Below are positions 52,006 through 62,585 of a stretch of DNA of 64,000 bases, piece by piece. A program made the translations under genes and the position numbers. Origin of the DNA: Candidatus Kapaibacterium sp. Its GTDB lineage: Bacteria > Bacteroidota > Ignavibacteria > Kapaibacteriales > UBA2268. Below the pieces are notes generated by a model that did not search any database, was not told the DNA's origin, and saw nothing but the letters and a program-made list of their open reading frames with translations. The stretch covers positions 96,001 through 160,000 of the forward strand of contig OY762428.1 of assembly GCA_963665665.1 (NCBI GenBank), read 5' to 3'. The stretch's first letter is position 1. Each line of letters starts with the position of its first letter.

Positions 52006-54369
52006 CTATTCCTTCATCACCTTGCAGGTTGAGACAATTTTTCCGCCGGAACTTATTTTTAGTACATAAGCGCCGGAAGGGATTTCAGGAACTTTGAACG
52101 GCAGGCTGAATGTTCCGGGAGTCAGGTTGGTATAAGTCGTTCTGGCGGTTTCTATGCCCTGGATATTATAAAGAACTGCCTGTATTTCTGTTTCGGAGTT
52201 GTTTTCAAGGACGAATGTAAACCTGTCCCGGAAGGGATTTGGGTATGTAGATATATTCTGAGATTGTGGCATTTCTTCGATGATTACATTTGGGTCTGTA
52301 AAGTCAAATACTGTTATGAAGGCATTTTGAGTACATGATAAAGAATCTATTTGAGCATCTTCACTTAAATAAAAGTCAGAAGCCTTAGTAAAGCCTCCAA
52401 CATAGACTTTATAATTATCACAATAAACACTTCTGGCGCTTACTCTTCCGGAGCCTCCGATAAATGTTGAATATAGCAATGTATCGCCGGATGGATCTAC
52501 TTTCATAAAGGTAGCGTCGAAGTTCATATACTCATCAAACGGCGGTTGTTTTTCCTTCATTATAGCATCTTCGCTTACTTCAAGTTCCCTTCCCGAAGAA
52601 TAGCCCCCCATGTATATATATCCGGATGGGTCGGAATCAATAAACACCCCGTAATCATCACCGTCGTTTGTACCATATATAGCTGTAAATTCATTATCAT
52701 AGTTGCCGTCAAATCTTACAAGCATGTAATCGCTATCCGGACCATCATCAATAATATTTCCTTTCATATTCGGCAGATCTTTAGATCTGGTGTAACCTCC
52801 GAGATAAAAATTATTATCGTCAATATATAACAGTTTTGCTACCGAATCCATAAGAGTACCACCGAAATAGCTTAGATATTCCAGATTTTTGAAGTCAGAA
52901 CTTATCTCCATGAAAAATATATCAGTGTGCTTACTGTCCGCAAAACCTGTATCATTAGCTATTGTATCTCGGGCATTTACCGTTAGAGGCAATCCGGTAC
53001 AATATGTATTACCAGCAAATACCAAATTACCGTTACTCTTTCGGAAACCGTCCTTGATTTCAAAAAGGCCTGATCCATCACCTCCAACCCTTGCTGCGGA
53101 CAATAACGTTTTCATTCCGTGGTCAAATTTACAAATGAATTCATTTCCGACTATAAGAGTTGTTTTATCAAGGTCGCATTCGGGAAACTTTGTAGAACCA
53201 TGTTTACCAGCAATAATTATCCCATCATCATACACATCCATCCAATGGCAATATTCTCTATCAAAAACGCCAAAATAACTTGACATCAACAAACTATCCA
53301 AAGTGGAATTAAAACAGGAAACAAAAACATTTATCGTACCTTCATCATTTGTTGGCCCATCTTTTATTACCCCCTCTGTAACAGGAAAATTGTTTGAGGA
53401 TGTTTCTCCGGCAATATATAGCTTCCCATTGTATGTTTTGAAAGATTTTAACCTGTCCTTTTCAAATCCACCAATGTATGCTAATAAATTAACATGATTA
53501 TTTTTATTAAGCCTTGCAACAATGACTCCCATGTTGCCCCAAATTCTTGAACTGTAAGCTCCTTCTGTATAAGGTAATTTCCTGGAATAAGTATATCCAG
53601 CAACATAATTTGTATCACCAAGAGCAGCAAATTTTTCGAAAGAATCACCGATATCACCTCCAAAATATGATGAATACACAAGCGGGTCTATCACAAGTGG
53701 CAGATCCGGATCGTAATTGCCGGGGGAAAGCCCCACGCTGCCGTCGCTATTAAGTATGAATCGGCAGGGAACAGCGCTAAGGCGGCTGTCGCCGGGCTTG
53801 CCGCTCTCCTGGTAGGCAAATATCTGTCCGTGCTTTATTTCGCCGAGGCTTGTACCGAGTACAAGGCTGCCTTCCGCATCAATATCAATATAATCCTGGC
53901 CGGTGAATTTCATCATGATATTCTCCGGATCGGCTCCGGGATGAAGTATGAAGTCATATCTCATACCCGTGGCATCGAAATAATACCTGATATCAGTACC
54001 AGGATAAATATCTTTTGCAGTTACGGAAGAAAATGAAGCAACATGCTTTGCCCATTTTGTGGGGTCGTTCCCGGTGAAGTAGTTGCGAACAATTTTATTC
54101 CTGCCGGATGGAGCAAACTCAGGAACGGCTGAAGTGCCAGCAAGGCTGCACTTAATAACATGCCCCGCAAGGCTTGTATCCCGCCCGTTTACTTCCATTT
54201 TTGAATAATCATAAATCACGCTGCCGGGCATAATCCATGCCGTCATCCCGGCGCTTTCAGTCTTGTAGCGTACATCCGCATCCCACTGGCCACGGTTCTC
54301 GATGAATTCGGAGGCGAAGAGAGGGGATGAGAGGAAGAGTAACAATATTAAGTATTTTTTCTTTTTCAT
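52006..54369 (-). CDS. SBBP-type beta-propeller protein with T9SS CTD (paralog of 5105-7636)
   Basis: FIENRGQW, LVIDPLVYSSYFGG, YPNPF...SGAY. Confidence 0.85.
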   Translation of the reverse strand: MKKKKYLILLLFLSSPLFASEFIENRGQWDADVRYKTESAGMTAWIMPGSVIYDYSKMEVNGRDTSLAGHVIKCSLAGTSAVPEFAPSGRNKIVRNYFTGNDPTKWAKHVASFSSVTAKDIYPGTDIRYYFDATGMRYDFILHPGADPENIMMKFTGQDYIDIDAEGSLVLGTSLGEIKHGQIFAYQESGKPGDSRLSAVPCRFILNSDGSVGLSPGNYDPDLPLVIDPLVYSSYFGGDIGDSFEKFAALGDTNYVAGYTYSRKLPYTEGAYSSRIWGNMGVIVARLNKNNHVNLLAYIGGFEKDRLKSFKTYNGKLYIAGETSSNNFPVTEGVIKDGPTNDEGTINVFVSCFNSTLDSLLMSSYFGVFDREYCHWMDVYDDGIIIAGKHGSTKFPECDLDKTTLIVGNEFICKFDHGMKTLLSAARVGGDGSGLFEIKDGFRKSNGNLVFAGNTYCTGLPLTVNARDTIANDTGFADSKHTDIFFMEISSDFKNLEYLSYFGGTLMDSVAKLLYIDDNNFYLGGYTRSKDLPNMKGNIIDDGPDSDYMLVRFDGNYDNEFTAIYGTNDGDDYGVFIDSDPSGYIYMGGYSSGRELEVSEDAIMKEKQPPFDEYMNFDATFMKVDPSGDTLLYSTFIGGSGRVSARSVYCDNYKVYVGGFTKASDFYLSEDAQIDSLSCTQNAFITVFDFTDPNVIIEEMPQSQNISTYPNPFRDRFTFVLENNSETEIQAVLYNIQGIETARTTYTNLTPGTFSLPFKVPEIPSGAYVLKISSGGKIVSTCKVMKE

Positions 54370-55142
54370 TGTTTGATTTCCTTTAACGCTTTTTGTTTGT
54401 AGCAATCGTTGATATAAATCAGGGCTTCATCCTCGAGAATAATTTCTTTGGTTACCAACTGCAAATCCAAATTATATATGTATTTGGTAATTGTTTTGCC
54501 ATAAACATATTCCCCTTGAGACCAACGGCTTGCTATCATAGTATTCAACTCACTCAGGTTAGCCATGTCGATCTCTAAATTTACTGTGATTACAACGAAA
54601 TTATTTTTATCCTCTCCTGTATAAATAATTTCCTCATTTATAAACTCGAAATTCCCGGGTTTATCAGGGTATTTTCTGTTAAATAATATAATGCCGTCAA
54701 TATAGGGTTTGACCGGTTTTTTATATATACTTTTACCTCCAATATCATATTGAATACAATCATAGTTTTCTGATCTTCTAAGACTTGACCAAAATCCTGA
54801 AAAGTATATTTCATCAGTTGTACAAAATTTCTTTGTATTATTATTCAATATCTTAAAAGAATGATCCGGATGTTTCTTTTGACCAAAATCTGTGGTCCAA
54901 AAAATCCAATATTGTACAGAGGAATCGCTGCTTATCCAATAACTATATGGTGTAAAATTTGGAAATTTGTCAATTTCCTTCGGACAATTATTCAGACAAA
55001 AAGAATCTCTAACAAAAATCCCCTTATAACATTTAGGAACAGAAGAATATCCTCTGCTGCTGCAAGAATATAATAATATTGATAGAAAGATTAATACAAT
55101 GGTTTGATTATAAAATAATATCATTCGATTAATTTGTTTCAT
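54366..55142 (-). CDS. Lipoprotein, candidate immunity protein for the upstream RHS toxin
   Basis: Lipobox LYSC; directly follows the toxin stop; start uncertain (55124/55142/55172). Confidence 0.6.
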   Translation of the reverse strand: MKQINRMILFYNQTIVLIFLSILLYSCSSRGYSSVPKCYKGIFVRDSFCLNNCPKEIDKFPNFTPYSYWISSDSSVQYWIFWTTDFGQKKHPDHSFKILNNNTKKFCTTDEIYFSGFWSSLRRSENYDCIQYDIGGKSIYKKPVKPYIDGIILFNRKYPDKPGNFEFINEEIIYTGEDKNNFVVITVNLEIDMANLSELNTMIASRWSQGEYVYGKTITKYIYNLDLQLVTKEIILEDEALIYINDCYKQKALKEIKQ

Positions 55143-55844
55143 TTTGCTTTTCATTATTAGTGTCACCTCCATTGGATGATCTTTCGGTATTCGTCAAAAA
55201 TTCTTTTCTCTTCTTTAGTGCATACATGATGTATTTTCTAGTTTTTATTTTAGACTTGCGTTCCGCAGCAGCCCCGTTTTCAGTTGCAGTTGGTAAATCG
55301 CCGAGTGTATGGACAACAGTATTTACAATATTTTTTCCAGAGGTCGCATCTCCACTAGGCCACACCTGCCAGCCTTCATGAGATGGACAGTCCTGATCCT
55401 GAACAGTATGTAGCGCTGCGCCGAGCTTTTTAAAATCTCCGGTTTCAATAAAATCGTTAATATTTGTTTCGATAAAATTTTTCATTTTTTTATCTGCTTT
55501 TTCAATTGCTGCTTCCCTATCGCCATCCACCGCCTCAAGATCATCTTGACTTAACATTGCATGCTTATATTGATTTTTCTGATCTTCATCAACTTCCACA
55601 TTACCTTCTACCATCTGCTCTATCTCGTTATCTGTTAAACCTAAATCTGCAGCAGCATCTTCTGTAATACTTTTGTGAACGTTTACTGGCCATACCGCTG
55701 CCCATCCTCCAGTATTATCTAAAAGATTTACAGGATTATTCATACAATAATGATATGGAGTCCATTCATAATACATTTCCCACAGCGGGTCAATGCTGGT
55801 AAAGCGGCCCAGGGCGTAGCTGTACTTGCGCACGCCAAAGTCGC

Positions 55845-55894
55845 TCCCGATTGACTTTTGGAATCAAATGCGCTCGGGATTTCGCTACGCTCAA
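55845..55894 (-). mobile_element. 50-bp hairpin micro-insertion (frameshifting)
   Basis: TTGAGCGTAGCGAAATCCCGA...TCGGGA inserted within a Gly codon (G|GC). Confidence 0.75.
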
Positions 55895-55924
55895 CCAGCC
55901 CGGTTTCAGCGTCTTTTTCCTTGC

Positions 55925-55954
55925 TCCCGACAAGTCGGGATTTCGCAAGCTCAA
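55925..55954 (-). mobile_element. 30-bp hairpin micro-insertion (in-frame)
   Basis: TTGAGCTTGCGAAATCCCGACTTGTCGGGA inserted within a Gly codon (G|GC). Confidence 0.75.
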
Positions 55955-56781
55955 CAATGAACGAGGATTGAAACCACACAATTTCAAAGAACTGATTGTT
56001 TACCCTTTAATTTAATCATATTTATTATTATTTCAAAGGGGTAATCTAATAATATTTCAGTATCGTAGCCCGGGCATTTTTGTAGTTTAATGATTACGAA
56101 CGAGAACTAACAGCCCCGTAGCTGTGGCATATCTATCTTCTGTCGCTCCTACGGAACTTTTTTTATATAATTCCGATACTCTATCGTCTGTCCTATCCGA
56201 AAGAAAAGAGGACTTCCCTCATGGGGCCTTCTAAAAGGTTAGAAACCCGGTCATTCTGGAGGAGCGAATCGACCGAAGAATCCATCTTTGTTCGCAGATA
56301 ATGTAATAAGAATGCATCCTTCGCTTTGCTCAGGACTTTCATAATTTTTGAAAAAATAATATATCTGAATAGGCATAAATTTTAAATCGTGGAAATTGTT
56401 TTGCAAATAATAATCAGAAATGTTTTGTATACCCGGAAACTGATTTGGGATTATTTAATATTTTGATATTACAAAAATACCTTGATGCCGTAGTTCTGAT
56501 GCTTCCTAAAAATCAATAACCCGGATATTTTTTTAATCAATTGTTAAGAAGAAAAAAAATTAGTGAAGCGTATGTATGAATTTTTATAAGGCCACTGGTA
56601 TTGAATATTAGTTTTTCATAAAATGATAAACCGTGGTTTATTGCATCACAATCCACTCTGATTTTACTCAATTTTTTTGTAATTTTGAAATTCCGTATTG
56701 TGGCATTATGATATATATCTGTTTGTCGTATTTGCGGAATCTCGGAACATATTGGTTTATAAATCTATCAGAGACAGGGGC

Positions 56782-57663
56782 ATGACATTACAAATCGACT
56801 TCGGTACTCAGACCTTTACCAACCAACAACGCTCTCCTGAAGAGTTCGCTGAAATAGCAAACACTATCAGGAAGGACATAATTAAAAGCCTCGTGCTGGC
56901 CAAATCCGGGCACAGCGGCGGGCCTCTCGGTGTTTCGGACATCATGGCCGTTCTTTTCTTTGGCGGATACATGAGATATAAAAATGATGATCCGAAATGG
57001 GACGGGCGCGACCGCTTCGTTCTTAGCGCAGGACACATGGCGCCGGTTCATTACTCGGTTCTGGCACGCGCCGGTTTTTTCCCGGTTGAAGAACTGGCAA
57101 CACTCAGAAAATTCGGAACAAGGCTTCAGGGCCATCCGGCACTTGATGTGGGGCTTCCCGGTATTGAAACTGCCTCCGGATCACTTGGGCAGGGCATTTC
57201 AATTGCAGTAGGTATGGCAATGAGCGATAAACTTGTTGATAAAAACGATAAACTTGTTTATTGTATCAGCGGCGACGGCGAGCTCCAGGAGGGAGCAGTC
57301 TGGGAAGCTGCTATGGCTGCGGCAAATTATAAGCTGGATAATCTTTGCTGGATAGTCGATAACAATGACTGCCAGATTGACGGCAGGGTAAAGGACGTTA
57401 TGAGTGTTTATCCCCTGAAAGAAAAGTTCGAGGCATTTAACTGCAACGTGATTGAAATTGACGGGCATGACTATTCACAGATAATTTCAGCCTTCGATAA
57501 ATTTAAAGAAAATGTCGGCTCCGGCAGGCCTGCTGTAATTATCGCTAACACATTCATGGGCAAAGGTGTTTCCTTTATGCATGATAAATACCAGTGGCAC
57601 GGCAACCCGCCTAAAGAAGACCAGGCAATTGAAGCACTGGCCGAACTTGGAGAAAAATTGTAA
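56782..57663 (+). CDS. Transketolase, N-terminal (TPP-binding) subunit
   Basis: SGH-GG-L, RDRFVLS-GH, LQGHP, GSLGQG, GDGELQEG, T--GKGVSFM...WHG. Confidence 0.93.
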   Translation: MTLQIDFGTQTFTNQQRSPEEFAEIANTIRKDIIKSLVLAKSGHSGGPLGVSDIMAVLFFGGYMRYKNDDPKWDGRDRFVLSAGHMAPVHYSVLARAGFFPVEELATLRKFGTRLQGHPALDVGLPGIETASGSLGQGISIAVGMAMSDKLVDKNDKLVYCISGDGELQEGAVWEAAMAAANYKLDNLCWIVDNNDCQIDGRVKDVMSVYPLKEKFEAFNCNVIEIDGHDYSQIISAFDKFKENVGSGRPAVIIANTFMGKGVSFMHDKYQWHGNPPKEDQAIEALAELGEKL

Positions 57664-57685
57664 GTATATAATAATCATTATTATA

Positions 57686-58303
57686 ATGAAAAGACTACAA
57701 TATTCTATATTATTTTTAACCCTGATAATTTTATCAATTTCGGGACTTGTTTCCTGCAACGAAAAAGATAAATTCGATGTACAGGAAAACTATTCAAGGG
57801 AAAAGGCAATTAAAGAAGCGCCTAAAACAGATCCCAAAGTACTGCTTGAACCTGAACTGATGGAAGCTTTCCTGCCTAAGCAATTGACCAACTCGGAAAA
57901 ATATCCCTGGAGCGGAGGCTTCTCGTCGGATGATTTCCAAACCTGGTCTACTGTTGCCACGGATTATGTGTTCGACAACAGGGGATTTGCCCACGCGGCA
58001 ATTTTTGATTACGGCCCGGGCGGATATAATGACGATGAAGAAATGATCCACCAGATGCCTGAAATTCCTGGCCACATCGTTACAAGGATTAAAAATTCCT
58101 ACGGGCCCGGTTACCTGGCATGGATTCCTGACCTGAGAAAAGGAAGAATTGCTTTTCTTGCTGCTGACAGGTATGTAATAAAGATTGAAATTGATAAGCT
58201 ACCGGATTATATTAAAAACCCGGAAGAAATATTTAATAAATATGACCTGGCCGGACTTGTAAGAGCGGGAGATAACAGGGTTAATGAACTAAACAAGAAA
58301 TAA
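57686..58303 (+). CDS. Hypothetical lipoprotein
   Basis: MKRLQY...LVSC lipobox. Confidence 0.72.
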   Translation: MKRLQYSILFLTLIILSISGLVSCNEKDKFDVQENYSREKAIKEAPKTDPKVLLEPELMEAFLPKQLTNSEKYPWSGGFSSDDFQTWSTVATDYVFDNRGFAHAAIFDYGPGGYNDDEEMIHQMPEIPGHIVTRIKNSYGPGYLAWIPDLRKGRIAFLAADRYVIKIEIDKLPDYIKNPEEIFNKYDLAGLVRAGDNRVNELNKK

Positions 58304-58329
58304 ATATCAAAAAACAATACAGAATTACT

Positions 58330-59346
58330 ATGAAAAAATTTGAACTTCTCGGAAAAAAACCAACGCGCCACGGATTTGGCGAAGCTCTGGCCGAACTTGG
58401 CGAAAAGCATGACAACGTGGTTGTTCTTGGCGGTGATATCACCGGTTCTGTAATGACTTCATACTTCAAAGAGAAATTCCCCGAAAGATTCTTTTCCTGC
58501 GGTATAGCCGAGCAGAATGCAACAACTATAGCAACTGGCCTGGCTTTATCAGGGAAGATAGCTTTCTTTTCCAGCTACAGCGCTTTCGCGGCGTTCAGGA
58601 ACTCCGATCAGCTCCGCATTTCTGTTTGCTATAATAATGCAAATGTAAAAATCGGAGGGGGGCATTCAGGTATTACAGTCGGACCTGACGGCGCTACCCA
58701 CCAATCGCTTGAAGAAATTTCATTTCTCAGGGCATTACCAAACATGACTCTTGTTGTTCCCTGCGACTTCCAGGAAGCCAAGAAAGCAACATGGGCGACA
58801 GGAGAGATGAACGGCCCTGCATACATCCGTTTCGGACGTTCGGCAATCCCCATGTTTACAACCGGGGAAACGCCATTTGAAATAGGTAAAGCAGAAGTTT
58901 TCCGCGAAGGAAATGACCTTGCTATCGTAGCCTGCGGCCTGATGGTTTGGGAAGCACTTATGGCAGCCGAAGAACTTGAAAAGAAACACGGCATACAGGC
59001 AAGAGTAATTAATAACCACACTATCAAGCCTATCGACGTGGAAACAATTACCACAGCCGCGAGGGAATGCGGCGCTATCGTTACTGCCGAGGAACACCAG
59101 GTTCACGGCGGGCTTGGTGCGGCTGTTTCAGAAGTTGTTGTTAAAAATCAGCCTGTTCCGATGGAATTTATCGGAGTTCCTGATCGCTTCGGCGAGAGTG
59201 GCGAACCCGACGAACTTCAGCAGGCATTCGGCCTGAACTGGAAATCTGTTTATGCCGCAGCCCTGAAAGCCATCGACAGGAAGAAAAACGGAAGCAGCGG
59301 TTTCCGTAAACTCACCGAAATGGAAGAGTATTCCGAAGGAATGTAA
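58330..59346 (+). CDS. Transketolase, C-terminal subunit
   Basis: GIAEQN, G-TVG-DGATHQ, GP-YIR-GR, TIKPID, AEEH...GGLG. Confidence 0.93.
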   Translation: MKKFELLGKKPTRHGFGEALAELGEKHDNVVVLGGDITGSVMTSYFKEKFPERFFSCGIAEQNATTIATGLALSGKIAFFSSYSAFAAFRNSDQLRISVCYNNANVKIGGGHSGITVGPDGATHQSLEEISFLRALPNMTLVVPCDFQEAKKATWATGEMNGPAYIRFGRSAIPMFTTGETPFEIGKAEVFREGNDLAIVACGLMVWEALMAAEELEKKHGIQARVINNHTIKPIDVETITTAARECGAIVTAEEHQVHGGLGAAVSEVVVKNQPVPMEFIGVPDRFGESGEPDELQQAFGLNWKSVYAAALKAIDRKKNGSSGFRKLTEMEEYSEGM

Positions 59347-59372
59347 TCCATATAGAGATATTTTATATATAT

Positions 59373-59402
59373 AATCCCTGCCATTCCGGCGGGGATTTTT
59401 GT
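59373..59402 (+). terminator. Intrinsic terminator
   Basis: ATCCCTGCC-ATTCC-GGCGGGGAT followed by TTTT. Confidence 0.65.
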
Positions 59403-59484
59403 TATTCAAACCTCCGGAAGGTTTGTGTTTTATATCGCCGGTAATATTATTGGCAAAGTTCTTGAACAGGATACTTCCGAAGGT

Positions 59485-60430
59485 TTTGGCATTCAGCTCC
59501 GTAGGAGCGGAATTTTTGTAGATAATGTTTACATTGTGATTATTAAAAGCTCCGTAGGAGCGACAGAGTCTTTTGGCCATGTCGCCCCGAAAAAATTCCC
59601 CTCGTTGAGGGGTGGCGAGCGCAGCGAGTTCCCGACACGTCGGGACAGGCTGGGGTGGTTTCTTTTTCTTAGTCTTCGGGACGTTGCGTCTTTATCCACG
59701 AGCTAAAGCACGTGGCTATTGATTTTGACGATTATAAGGCTGGAAGGTCATTCTGAGCGCCAGCGAAGGATCCATTCTTCATAAATTATCCGCAAGGAAG
59801 ATGGATTCTTCGGTCTCAAGCTCCGTCAGAATGACGGATGGGAATGTCCCCCGCTGGCGGGGGTGTCCGAAGGACGGGGGTGGACTTCCGGAAAATTCCC
59901 CTCCCTTGGAGGGGATTAAAGGGGTGGTTTCTTTTTCTTAGCCTCCGCACCTTGCACATTTATCCACGAGCTAAAGCACGTGGCTATTGAACTTGACGAT
60001 GGTAAAACTGCATGTCATTCTGAGCGCCAGCGAAGAATCCATTCTTAATGCATTCCCTGCAAACGAAAATGGATTCTTCGGTCGCAAGCTCCTTCAGAAT
60101 GACGGATGGGAATGTCCCCCGCTGTCGCCGACGTGTCGGGAAAGGACGGGGGTGGACTTCCGGAAAAATTCCCCTCCTAATGTAGGAGGGAATTACAGGG
60201 GTGGTTTGCTTTCTTTGCCTTCGCACCTTGCACATTTATCCACGAGCTAAAGCACGTGGCTATTGAATTTGACGATTATAAAGCTGGGATGTCATTCTGA
60301 GCGCCAGCGAAGAATCCATTCTTATTACACTATCTGCAAACAAAGATGGATTCTTCGGTCGCAAGCTCCGGAAGCCTGCACCTGCCTGCACCGATTTATC
60401 GGTGACGTGTCGGGGAATGACAACATAATA
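59485..60430. repeat. REP-like mosaic with ~270-bp composite unit repeated about three times
   Basis: TTATCCACGAGCTAAAGCACGTGGCTATTG at ~59692, ~59960, ~60236, each followed by GTCATTCTGAGCGCCAGCGAAG...GAATGAC. Confidence 0.88.
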
Positions 60431-60461
60431 CCTCCTTCTCCGGCTCTTACTCCCCGTTATT

Positions 60462-61655
60462 CCACCCCAATGAACAGGCCGCCGGCCTTAATTCCCCAAC
60501 CTGTGGTCTCAATGAATCGAATAATTTCCTTAATTCAACGCTGTTTTGAACCAGAATCCTGATGTTTGGGCTAATTGCTTGGATTGCAGGGCTTTAAACT
60601 GCCTTGGCCGGAGGTATTGAACTACTGTTTGGCCTTAATGTAGTGAAATTTGGCCTCATTGAACACTTGGTTGGCTTTACTGAACACTTGGTTGATCTTA
60701 CTGAACACTTGGTTAATCTTACTGAACACTTGGTTGATCTTACTGAACACTTGGTTGATCTTACTGAACACTTGGTTGACCTTACTGAACACTTGGTTGA
60801 TCTTACTGAACACTTGGTTGACCTTACTGAACACTTGGTTGGCTTTACTGAACACTTGGTTGACCTTACTGAACACTTGGTTGATCTTACTGAACACTTG
60901 GTTGATCTTACTGAACATGTTCTTTGCCTCCGACCAAGAGTTCAATGACTTCGACCAAGGCAGCAATAACTTCGAACAAGGCATCAATAACTTCGAACAA
61001 GGCAGCAATATCATCAAACATCGGTGCAATAGCTTCAAACAAGAGTTCATTATCATCAAACATCGGTGCATCGATTTGGAACAAGACAGCAATGAAGCAA
61101 AACATTGCTGCAATAGCTTAGAACATCGGTGCAATGACTCCGACCAAGGCATCAATAATTCCGACCAAGGCGTCAATGAAGCAAAACATTGGTTCAATAG
61201 CTTCAACCAAGAGTTCATTATCTTCAAACAAGGCGGCAATGACTCCGACCAAGGCGTCAATAAAGCAAAACATTGCTGCAATAGTGTCGAACAAGGCATC
61301 ATTAAAATCAAACATCAGTGCAATGGCGTCGACCATTGTTACATTGATTTCAAACATCGGTGCATTGCCGCTGCCCCTTCCTACCTCCCCCCGGCCACCT
61401 CCTTCGGAAGAAGGAGGAGTTAATTCTATGATATTTAATTTCTTATCCCCTCCTAAAGTAGGAGGGGAATACAGGGGTGGTTTGCTTTCTTTGCTTCTGG
61501 TCAGTGCGCCATTATCTTCAAACATCGGTGCATTGCCTCTGCCCCTTCCTACCTCCCCCCGGCCACCTCCTTCGGAAGAAGGAGGAGTTAATTCTATGAT
61601 ATTTAATTTCTTATCCCCTCCTAAAGTAGGAGGGGAATACAGGGGTGGTTTTTTT
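60462..61655. repeat. Bipartite 21-bp tandem-array element, copy B
   Basis: Same head as copy A; ~12 units CTTACTGAACACTTGGTTGAT; ~20 second-family units; 168-bp tandem duplication at tail. Confidence 0.9.
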
Positions 61656-61757
61656 ATTCGCAAGAAAATAGAAAGAATTTTATGCATGGAAAAATTATCG
61701 ACAATTATCGCATTTTTTAACGATAAGTAATAATACTTTTATAATACAGATGGAATA

Positions 61758-62174
61758 TCAAATATCCAGAATAATATTAACTTCAAAATTTCCATTATCA
61801 TTTCTGATAATTTCCGCACCATGATAAGTTACGGCTTTCACATCATCATCGAAACCATCCACAGGAATTCCGGATAATTTGAAAATACAGTTTTTATCAT
61901 TTGGAAAGTTTATCCCGTCAGGAATTGCTATAACATTATAAGAGTGCATGAATGACAATGCGTCAGAAAGGAAATCGACAATCAACGCTGAACAGTCTAT
62001 TGACTTGATGTTAAATTCCTCGCTTACATGGCTTACAACATTTTCGGGCAGATCATTATGAAACATAACTTTGCAAAGCCCATCAAGTGCCGAGGCAAAA
62101 AGCCCTGCAAGTGAATCAGATTCAGAATGGATTATAAGATCTGCTGTGTGCGAAAGAAGTTTATATTTCTGCAT
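61758..62174 (-). CDS. Archease
   Basis: Y--L-HTAD...DFLS...VKAVTYH...ILDI. Confidence 0.9.
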   Translation of the reverse strand: MQKYKLLSHTADLIIHSESDSLAGLFASALDGLCKVMFHNDLPENVVSHVSEEFNIKSIDCSALIVDFLSDALSFMHSYNVIAIPDGINFPNDKNCIFKLSGIPVDGFDDDVKAVTYHGAEIIRNDNGNFEVNIILDI

Positions 62175-62585
62175 TATCTGAAAATCCCTGAATATAATTG
62201 AATCAATATAACAGTATATCCAAAAATAATTAAAAAAATCAACAACATATTATTATACAGATATTTTTTTTACAATTTACGGTTTTTATTTTTCCCTGAA
62301 ATAATTATATTCCCATGTAGTGGAATGCATTGAGCAGAGCAGTTTTTGACTTATTATTATTACGGGAATATTGATCAATAATTTTTTAAACATGATTGTA
62401 ATTTTTCATTTTCGTTGCTTAATGAAAATTTCTTTCGTATTTTAAAACTGCTGTGCTTTTTAACAACGGAACGTGTTTTTGACGAATAGCTTGCAGAAAA
62501 GAATATAACCGAACAGGAAAAAGACCATAAGACTTTATTATTGTTGAAATTAAGATTAATAGTATAAAATCAGACGAGAATCAAT

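Larger units (their letters stand above)
55129..55964 (-). pseudogene. Orphan RHS core + C-terminal toxin domain, interrupted by two small insertions
   Basis: Removing the inserts gives SFIGKEKDAETGLGDFGVRKY...GRFTSIDPLW...Y-YCMNNPVNLLD-TG; C-terminus has H...H...LHTVQD...H. Confidence 0.85.

Noticed and set aside
815-61655. Copies A and B as terminal direct repeats of a ~60-kb island
   Set aside because: The interval contains core genes (porX, rarA, transketolase) and a third partial copy; dispersed repeats are the simpler reading
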